The translations under genes were made by a program, and so were the position numbers. Shown here one piece after another: positions 44,791 to 52,235 of a DNA stretch of 64,000 nucleotides. This DNA is from Candidatus Poribacteria bacterium (GTDB lineage Bacteria; Poribacteria; WGA-4E; WGA-3G): the NCBI GenBank assembly GCA_965198235.1, contig OZ240248.1, positions 2,987,412-3,051,411 of the forward strand, in the 5' to 3' direction. The notes under the pieces are model-generated. The model was not told the origin of the DNA, searched no databases, and saw nothing but the letters and a program-made list of their open reading frames with translations. How positions within the stretch are numbered: position 1 is the first letter of the stretch; every line of letters begins with the position of its first letter.

Positions 44791-46233
44791 ATGATACGTT
44801 CGTGTCGTTGTTATAGTCGTATTCTTCTATTATGGCTATTGATTTCCTCGGTAATTGTAGATGGAACTTGGTACCGAGCCTACAGTGCAGAGTCCAGTAG
44901 GGGCGAGGTTACCTCGTCCATACGACAAAACGCGGTCACGGCATCGCGGCGCACCGCGATTGTCACAGCAGTAGCGAAAGCGAGTCCCGCAGTCGTCAAT
45001 ATCAGTGCTGTTCGGAGTGTTGAAACACGAACATCTTTTGATGAATGGTTCTGGGGCGAGATCACCTATCCTCGTAGACGTGCCTTACGAGAGGTCGGTT
45101 CTGGAGTTATCGTTGATAAAAACGGACACATCCTGACCAACTATCACGTCATCAGAGATGCCGATAAAATTACCGTCACTATTTCTGATGGACGGGAATT
45201 CGGGGCACAGGTCGTCGGATATGACCTTTTCTCAGATCTTGCCCTCTTGGAGGTTGATACAGATGGGCTATTCCTACCAGAAATTCAGTGGGGAGATTCG
45301 GATTCCCTTTTGATAGGTGAGTGGGTAGTTGCGATCGGAAATCCTTTCGGTTTATCGATAGGCGATGCCCAACCGACGGTCACAGTTGGTATTGTGAGCG
45401 CAACACGGCGAACGCTCACTGTTGAAGATCTGTATCATGAAGATCTGATTCAAACGGACGCTTCCATTAATCCCGGCAACAGTGGCGGTGCGTTAGTGAA
45501 CATCCACGGTGAACTCATCGGTATAAATACTGTCATCCGTTCAACCAGCGGCGGTTCACAGGGTGTCGGTTTCGCGATTCCGGTCAACAAAGCAAAAAGG
45601 GTCCTAAAACAGATTACCGAGTATGGCAGTGTTATTCCACCCTACTTTGCCTTGGAGATACAGCCCGTAACTGAAGAGTTGGCAGAAAAGTTGTCAATGT
45701 CGCGCAACACTGGGGTTTTGGTATCGGAAATAGGTAAACGCAGCCCTATTGCTGATGCAGGCATTAAACGCGGAGATGTCATTGTAGCCATTTCCGGACA
45801 ACGGATAAAGGACGAACAGGACTTTAACGCCCGCACGCGTCTACTCCCACTCAATCAACCTGTCCAGTGTGAGTTCATCCGCCGTGGAAAAAGGCGACAG
45901 ACTGAATTCACACTGAAAACCCTACAATGGAATTATGCACCATCCGGATGGGGTATAGCACTTGCCCAGCCTGATAAGGCGATGGCACGCAAATATAAGC
46001 AGCGCGGTGTTATTGTCACGCACGTTGAAAAAAACAGCGGGTTGGCGAGCGCGCTGGAACGTGGGGATTTTATCTACCAAATTGACAATACCATAATTCA
46101 TTCGCTTGAAATTTTTAAAATTGTTGATGACCATATCCGCACCCAAAATAGAGCGCAAGTCTATTTTGAACGAGATGGAGTCTATCAAGCCGTTCCCGTC
46201 ACTTTTTTTAATAGAAACAATCGGCGGAGATAA
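44791..46233 (+). CDS. htrA: HtrA/DegP-family serine protease with two PDZ domains
   Basis: ORF 44767-46233. Catalytic triad contexts TNYHVI, DLALLEV and TDASINPGNSGGALVN. Two PDZ-like segments. Confidence 0.9.
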   Translation: MIRSCRCYSRILLLWLLISSVIVDGTWYRAYSAESSRGEVTSSIRQNAVTASRRTAIVTAVAKASPAVVNISAVRSVETRTSFDEWFWGEITYPRRRALREVGSGVIVDKNGHILTNYHVIRDADKITVTISDGREFGAQVVGYDLFSDLALLEVDTDGLFLPEIQWGDSDSLLIGEWVVAIGNPFGLSIGDAQPTVTVGIVSATRRTLTVEDLYHEDLIQTDASINPGNSGGALVNIHGELIGINTVIRSTSGGSQGVGFAIPVNKAKRVLKQITEYGSVIPPYFALEIQPVTEELAEKLSMSRNTGVLVSEIGKRSPIADAGIKRGDVIVAISGQRIKDEQDFNARTRLLPLNQPVQCEFIRRGKRRQTEFTLKTLQWNYAPSGWGIALAQPDKAMARKYKQRGVIVTHVEKNSGLASALERGDFIYQIDNTIIHSLEIFKIVDDHIRTQNRAQVYFERDGVYQAVPVTFFNRNNRRR

Positions 46234-46546
46234 GTGTTTTTATAATCTTAACCATCAACTCGTGCTTTAACACTTATAACGGAGGCGAGTTGAGGGTTAA
46301 AGTTAACAGTTTTCAGTTTTCAGTTAAGAGATTTTAATGTAACAATTCACCAGTTCTTGGAGTATTCCAAGTTAGGGTAGATTTTTACAGAATAGTTATC
46401 AGAGGGAATGATTATCAGTCATCAGTTATCGGTTATCGGTTAAAGAGGTGCTTTGTTTAACCAAGGGGAAACACCCTATCAAAAACACCTCTTTTAACTC
46501 TCACTGCGAGGCAAACTGACAACTGACAACTGATAACTATAAAAAT

Positions 46547-47263
46547 ATGAAATTACAACTACCGACACTCATCGCCGTCTGTCTTGCTATCCTGCTCATT
46601 GGTGGTATCTACTTCTTCGGTAGAGACAAGGCAGAATTGGGAATCGCCGTTAATTTGGAAAGTGAAGAATTCAAGCAACTCTGCACGCATGCCACTGATG
46701 CATTCAACGCCGGGAAATATCAACAAGCCATTGAACTTTACAGCGACGCGTTAAAGATGCGTCCCGAAAACGCTGAAGTCTATAACGACCTCGGAACCGT
46801 CTACTACGAGCAAGGTCTCAGATACGCCGGACCGAGTTGGCCCTCGTGGGAAAAAGAGTTGAGGGAAGACTCCGTTGATCAGGCAATCGCGGAACTTAAA
46901 GTCGCTGTCGACAAAACGGGGTCGGGTGCCGTCATGTTCAAAACACGAGACGAAACGGTCGCTGATGCCATTGAAGAAGAGGCAAAACAACTCGGCGGAG
47001 GTGTATATAGACAGCGTTGGGAAAATGAAACAACGCTTAACGTTCTAATTGGACAAACGAAAGTCTATATGCTGCGCGCTCGCGACCATTACATCCGTGC
47101 TTTGGATCTGAAACCTACGCATAGTGTCGCTTATCGCAACCTCGGTTCATTTTATATGAAGGTAGGCAGAACCGATAAAGCACTCGATTACTATCAAGAG
47201 GCGTACAGGTTAGATCCAAGGGATGCCGAGTTAGAAGAATACCTGAATCAGTTCCGAAAGTAA
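46547..47263 (+). CDS. Membrane-anchored TPR-repeat protein
   Basis: N-terminal TM LPTLIAVCLAILLIGGIYFF. TPR units around YQQAIELYSDALKMRPENAEVYNDLG and YRNLGSFYMKVGRTDKALDYYQEAYRLDP. Confidence 0.75.
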   Translation: MKLQLPTLIAVCLAILLIGGIYFFGRDKAELGIAVNLESEEFKQLCTHATDAFNAGKYQQAIELYSDALKMRPENAEVYNDLGTVYYEQGLRYAGPSWPSWEKELREDSVDQAIAELKVAVDKTGSGAVMFKTRDETVADAIEEEAKQLGGGVYRQRWENETTLNVLIGQTKVYMLRARDHYIRALDLKPTHSVAYRNLGSFYMKVGRTDKALDYYQEAYRLDPRDAELEEYLNQFRK

Positions 47264-47440
47264 TTTTTAACTATTAAATCTGGGCATCGTTCCAAATGTA
47301 AAGCATTCTCACTGCGAAGCAAAATTATGCCATTTAAGGAAACCTAATTTCGTTCCACGATGGTTTCTGGTTAAGTACGAAAGGGTTTCAGCGAACCTGC
47401 CCGGTTTGCATTGCACCAAAAACCTGCCTGAAACGAAGTG

Positions 47441-47473
47441 GAAGGCAGCCCAGGAGCAATAAATTAAAAAATG
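47441..47473 (+). promoter_or_regulatory. 33-nt start-proximal repeat module ending in the ATG
   Basis: Identical to 26616-26648. Confidence 0.8.
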
Positions 47474-50400
47474 CATCACAAACGCTGCCCAAATTGTGGG
47501 TTCTTGAACCCGCCGTTCAAATTTTGCGGTGAATGTGGAACGTCCCTTGATAGTCCCTCACGTCCACGTCAAATTCCAGCAGTAGATACCGCTGTCATGG
47601 AACAAGTATTACCGCATGGGGCAGAACGCCGCCAGTTAACCGTCCTTTTCTGTGATATTGTCGACTCCACCGCATTCACCGAAAAATTGGATCCCGAAGA
47701 ACTCCGAAATCTTTTAGAGGTATACCGGACATGTATCATGGAGGTGGTTTTAGCACAAAATGGACATATCGCACGTTACTTTGGTGATGGTATCCTTGTT
47801 TATTTCGGTTACCCAATTACACACGAAGACGCAGCACACCGCGCCGTCCGAGCCGCGTTAGGTATTGTTGCCGCTATTGAGACGCTGAACCCGTATCTCC
47901 AGGCTACCTTTGGCGTGGAAATCAACGTCCGACTTAGTATTGATACAGGGCTTGTTGTCGTCTGGCATATATCGGCGGAAGAATCTCCCGAGGCAATTGA
48001 CATCGTCGGTAAAACGCCAAATGTCGCCGCAAGGATGCAAAAGTTAGCAACGCCGAACGGCATTGTCATTGGTGATACGACACATCAATTGGTTGATGGC
48101 TTTTTTAACACCGCTGCACTCGGTGCTTCCCCACTTCGTGGCATTTCGCAACCCGTGAATGTGTATCAGGTGTCAGGTGAAATTCCTGCACAGAGCCGAT
48201 TGGATATTGCCAGCGAAAGTGGATTAACCCCTTTAATCGGGCGCGAGCGCGAGGTTGAATCACTCAAGCAGAGTTGGGCACAGGTACTGGCATCTAAAGG
48301 GCAAGCACTGCTTATTGAGGGGGAAGCCGGCATCGGAAAGTCAAGGTGTTTGCAACTCATTCAAGAGTCCGTCGAGCATCACCCAGAAGCAGTGACCATG
48401 GAATGCAGATGCTCGCCCTATTACCAGAACAGTCCGCTCTATCCTATTCTTTCGCTGTTCCAAGAGCACGTTGTACAGTTTACCAACACCGATACCGCAC
48501 AGACGCACCTTGACAAACTTGAGAATTTACTGCGCGACTACAACATCCCAACCGTCGGAGGTGATACGGCGTCCCTTTCAAATTCAGATCGTGAAGTACA
48601 AGAGCATACGCCGGAGACCCTGCCACTTCTTGCCGAATTATTGGAGATACCTTTTGAGGTGCAACAACAAACGGTAACCGGTGTAGGCACTCGCCCCTAC
48701 GGTAGACCCGTTGAACAGGCCACATATCCATCAGGTTGGGGACGCCGACAGCGCCGACAGCAGACTTTGGAAGTGCTTGTTCAAGTCCTACTGAAGATGG
48801 CTGAACAAAAGCCGATACTTTTTGTCGTTGAAGATCTCCACTGGATTGACCCCTCCAGCATAGAATTTCTTACACTCTTGATTACACGGATCGAAAATGC
48901 TCGGATTTTCGCAGTTTTGTCCTGTCGCTCTGGTACGCAACCCTATAGACATGTTGAAGAAACACCCAAGCAAAAACCCCCGCTGGGGCTGAAGGGGGAA
49001 GGGCGAGAGATGGGCACGCCACACGGGAGTCGGGAATCGGAGTTCTCTCCTACCGAAATTCTGGATGGAGAAGTGCTGGAGCAACTTCTACATCCAGAGT
49101 GGGCAAATGCGCTGACGTTGGCAGCACTCACGCCTCCGCAGGTGGAGGAGATGATTCAGCACGTCGCAGGGGACACAGCACTGCCATCGGAGGTGTTGAC
49201 ACGGATTATCGAAATGACCGAGGGTGTCCCTCTATTTGTTGAGGAACTCACCCAGATGATGCTTGAAAATGTATCGGGGTTACAAACCCCTCCCACATCT
49301 GAGGTGTCCGATGGAACAGATCCACATTCTCAAACAATGGAGGTGCCTGTAACGCTACAGGATTTACTGACAGCGAGATTAGACGAACTCGGTGCTGCGA
49401 AGGAGATCGTCCAACTCGGTGCAACGCTTGGAAGGGAATGGACAGCTGAATTATTACACGAGATTGCTTCTGGGATTGATCTGGAAAATCGTCTTTTCAC
49501 TGATTTCGCCTCGTTGAAAGGTGAATTGAACAAACTCGTAAACGCCTACATCCTCAATCGAAATCAGGTGGCTGACAATCAACTACGCTATACGTTCCGA
49601 CATCCGCTCCTGCGTGAGACAGCGTATCAATCTCTACTCAGGAGTAGGCGACAGCAGTACCATCAACAGATTGCAGAGGTGTTGCAAGGCGGTGGCGGTT
49701 TCCAACCCGAGTTGGTGGCACATCATTACACCGAAGCAGGTCTCCCTGAAAAAGCGATTGACTATTGGCACCGTGCCGGGCAACGTGCACTTGAGCGTTC
49801 TGCAAACGTGGAGGGTATTCGCCATATCACACAGGGGCTTGCGGCACTTGAGGAACTTTCGACGAACGCCAGCGCACGAGAGTTGGAGGCTACCGCTCAG
49901 CGAGAATTGGAGCTGCAAACGATTCTGGGTAGCGCGCTCATTGCGACAAAAGGGTATGCCGCACCGGAAGTCGAGGTCGCCTATACGCGGGCGAGGGAGC
50001 TACTGGAAACACTTGAAAGTAAGGAACCGACCTTAGAAGGAAACACTGATTCTTCACTTGACCGCATAAAAGATCTCCGCTTTCCGATTCTGTTTGGATT
50101 ATGGCTCTCTCATCTCGTGCGTGGACGATTCCTCTCTGCACGTGAACTCGGTGAACAGTGCTTTGTAATTGCCAAGCAAGTCGGAGACCCAGCTTTCGAG
50201 GTAGAGGCGCATCGAGCCCTCGGTGCAACGCTTTACTATTTAAGTGAATTCAAAGATGCATTAGCACATCTTGAGGCAGGAATTGAACTCTATCAACCGC
50301 AGCACCACCCGGTCCCGACATTTCTGCACTTCGTAGCCGATCCCGGGATGACGCTGCTCGCCTATTCTGCACCGCTCTTATGGTGTCTTGGCTATCCTCT

Positions 50401-51163
50401 GCAAGCAGAAGAACGACTTGCCGAAGCCGCAAGGATTGGAAGGGACAGAAGCCATCCTTTTAGTGATGCTGTGTTGCTCCATTTTAAAGCTGTGCTTTAT
50501 CAACATCAAGATGAAGTAGAGGAAGTGGAGACCACCGCAACGCAGATGCTACAGATATGTCAAGAGCATGGATTTTCCCTTTGGGAAGCCGCCGCAACGG
50601 TGATGAAGGGTTGGGCACTCACAGAACTGAATCACTCAGAAGAGGGCATCGCGATGATACGTAAGGGCATTGCCGCATGGGAAAAGACAAGGGCTGAATT
50701 GCAACTACCGCTCTTTCTTGCACTGCTTGCACAAGCATATCAACGCGCAGGACAGTATACATTAGCCTTGCAAACACTTGATTCTGCCTTGAGTGTTGTC
50801 ACACGAACAGGCGAGCGCGCCTATGATGCGGAACTCACTCGGCGGAAAGGCGAACTCTGTCTCGTCCTCGGTAAAGAGACCGAGATTGTTGGCGGAAAGG
50901 ACACGACTTCTACTGTTGTAAAGGCTGAATCCTATTTTCAGGAGGCATTAGCGATAGCGCGCCGCCAAGGCGCAAAATCATGGGAGCTCCGAGCCGCTCT
51001 CAGTTTGAGCGAATTGTGGTGCACGCAAGACCGTTGTCGGGAAGCGTACAATTTGCTGAGACCGATATATCTATGGTTTTCGGAAGGTTTTGATACGAAA
51101 GACCTCCGACAGGCGAAACACCTGTTGAAAAAGCTGCAGGAAGTTAATCATAGCAACAAGTAA
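47471..51163 (+). CDS. Zinc-ribbon / class III adenylate-guanylate cyclase / AAA(STAND-like) ATPase / TPR protein
   Basis: CPNCGFLNPPFKFCGECG; cyclase core RRQLTVLFCDIVDSTAF...GDGILVYFGYP; Walker A GEAGIGKSR; Walker B LFVVEDLHWID; long C-terminal TPR-like helical region. Confidence 0.85.
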   Translation: MHHKRCPNCGFLNPPFKFCGECGTSLDSPSRPRQIPAVDTAVMEQVLPHGAERRQLTVLFCDIVDSTAFTEKLDPEELRNLLEVYRTCIMEVVLAQNGHIARYFGDGILVYFGYPITHEDAAHRAVRAALGIVAAIETLNPYLQATFGVEINVRLSIDTGLVVVWHISAEESPEAIDIVGKTPNVAARMQKLATPNGIVIGDTTHQLVDGFFNTAALGASPLRGISQPVNVYQVSGEIPAQSRLDIASESGLTPLIGREREVESLKQSWAQVLASKGQALLIEGEAGIGKSRCLQLIQESVEHHPEAVTMECRCSPYYQNSPLYPILSLFQEHVVQFTNTDTAQTHLDKLENLLRDYNIPTVGGDTASLSNSDREVQEHTPETLPLLAELLEIPFEVQQQTVTGVGTRPYGRPVEQATYPSGWGRRQRRQQTLEVLVQVLLKMAEQKPILFVVEDLHWIDPSSIEFLTLLITRIENARIFAVLSCRSGTQPYRHVEETPKQKPPLGLKGEGREMGTPHGSRESEFSPTEILDGEVLEQLLHPEWANALTLAALTPPQVEEMIQHVAGDTALPSEVLTRIIEMTEGVPLFVEELTQMMLENVSGLQTPPTSEVSDGTDPHSQTMEVPVTLQDLLTARLDELGAAKEIVQLGATLGREWTAELLHEIASGIDLENRLFTDFASLKGELNKLVNAYILNRNQVADNQLRYTFRHPLLRETAYQSLLRSRRQQYHQQIAEVLQGGGGFQPELVAHHYTEAGLPEKAIDYWHRAGQRALERSANVEGIRHITQGLAALEELSTNASARELEATAQRELELQTILGSALIATKGYAAPEVEVAYTRARELLETLESKEPTLEGNTDSSLDRIKDLRFPILFGLWLSHLVRGRFLSARELGEQCFVIAKQVGDPAFEVEAHRALGATLYYLSEFKDALAHLEAGIELYQPQHHPVPTFLHFVADPGMTLLAYSAPLLWCLGYPLQAEERLAEAARIGRDRSHPFSDAVLLHFKAVLYQHQDEVEEVETTATQMLQICQEHGFSLWEAAATVMKGWALTELNHSEEGIAMIRKGIAAWEKTRAELQLPLFLALLAQAYQRAGQYTLALQTLDSALSVVTRTGERAYDAELTRRKGELCLVLGKETEIVGGKDTTSTVVKAESYFQEALAIARRQGAKSWELRAALSLSELWCTQDRCREAYNLLRPIYLWFSEGFDTKDLRQAKHLLKKLQEVNHSNK
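48960..49053. repeat. Intergenic-type repeat words embedded in frame in the cyclase-STAND ORF
   Basis: AAACACCCAAGCAAAAACCCCC (48960-48981) and GTCGGGAATCGGAGTTCTCTCCTAC (49029-49053) are reverse forms of words seen at 42394/52285/58855 and 36010/51185/51236. Confidence 0.65.
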
Positions 51164-51184
51164 ACAGAATCGTTCAGTTTTCCC

Positions 51185-51287
51185 GTAGGAGGATCTCCGA
51201 ATCCCGACTTCTGATGACTGATAACTGAGAACTATGTAGGAGGGATCTCCGAATCCCGACTCTTGCTGACGGCTAACTGACAACTAT
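51185..51287 (+). repeat. Tandem composite repeat, 2 x ~51 bp
   Basis: GTAGGAG(G)GATCTCCGAATCCCGAC plus a CTGAT/CTGAC-rich tail ending AACTAT, twice (51185-51235 and 51236-51287). Followed at once by GGAGG and ATG 51304. Confidence 0.85.
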
Positions 51288-51303
51288 TTGGGAGGGGAAC
51301 ATT

Positions 51304-52164
51304 ATGAGACTTGGCGTTGTTGGGCTCTGTGGGGACTTTTGCACCCTCACATCGGATGAGATCGCAAAAATCAAAGCGTTAGAGTTTACCGGTTTAAGTT
51401 TCCATTTCCGCAGCGCCGAGATTCCATCTGTACCGCCAGATGCTGATACCCGCTGTGTGCAAATGTTAGAAGCCGCGGAACTTGACCTTGTGCAATTCGG
51501 CATAACTTACGAGGAATGCCTTTTTCATCCAAATGCCGCTGTCCGAAAAGCAGGTATTGCCAGCGTCCAACGCGGCATGGCAACCGCTGCCTCTCTCAAT
51601 GCACACCATTATCTATTTCGTGCAGGTAGCCTCAACCCTGATGGTGCTTGGACATCCCATCGAGATAACCATCTACCAGAATCGATGGAACGGTTGATTG
51701 ACACTTTGAAACCAATTGCAGAACATGCCGAACGGCACGAACTGACCCTTGTTATGGAAACACATGCAGTTTCAATTATGGATTCACCAGAAACCTGTCG
51801 CGAGGTGGTGGAGCGTGTCGGTTCCGAAAGGCTTCGCATTGTCATGGATTTCGTCAATCACTTTCAAACACTTCGACAGGTCTATGAGAGCGAGGCACGG
51901 CTTAACCACATTTTCGATGTCATGGGACCGGTCGCGCCGATGGCGCATATCAAAGACATCAGCGTGCAGAACGGTTTGGTCCTCCATCTCGATGAAGAGG
52001 TACCCGGCGAGGGTGAATTGGCACTTGGTGTAGCATTAAAACGTTTTGACGCACTCTATCCCGATGGCTACGGATTGATAGAACATCTCCCTGCGGAGAA
52101 AATCCCACTCGCGAACGCGAATGTCCGGCGAATTGCCGCCGAAAACGGAGTCCATATTTTTTAA
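51304..52164 (+). CDS. Sugar phosphate isomerase/epimerase (xylose isomerase-like TIM barrel)
   Basis: LVMETH, AHIKDISV and EGELAL patterns. Paralogous in type to 4820-5584. Confidence 0.8.
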   Translation: MRLGVVGLCGDFCTLTSDEIAKIKALEFTGLSFHFRSAEIPSVPPDADTRCVQMLEAAELDLVQFGITYEECLFHPNAAVRKAGIASVQRGMATAASLNAHHYLFRAGSLNPDGAWTSHRDNHLPESMERLIDTLKPIAEHAERHELTLVMETHAVSIMDSPETCREVVERVGSERLRIVMDFVNHFQTLRQVYESEARLNHIFDVMGPVAPMAHIKDISVQNGLVLHLDEEVPGEGELALGVALKRFDALYPDGYGLIEHLPAEKIPLANANVRRIAAENGVHIF

Positions 52165-52235
52165 ACTGTTTTTTACTTATTAAGCTCCTGGACATCGTTT
52201 CACGATGGTGTCCGGTGAATTTCAAAGGAGTTTTG

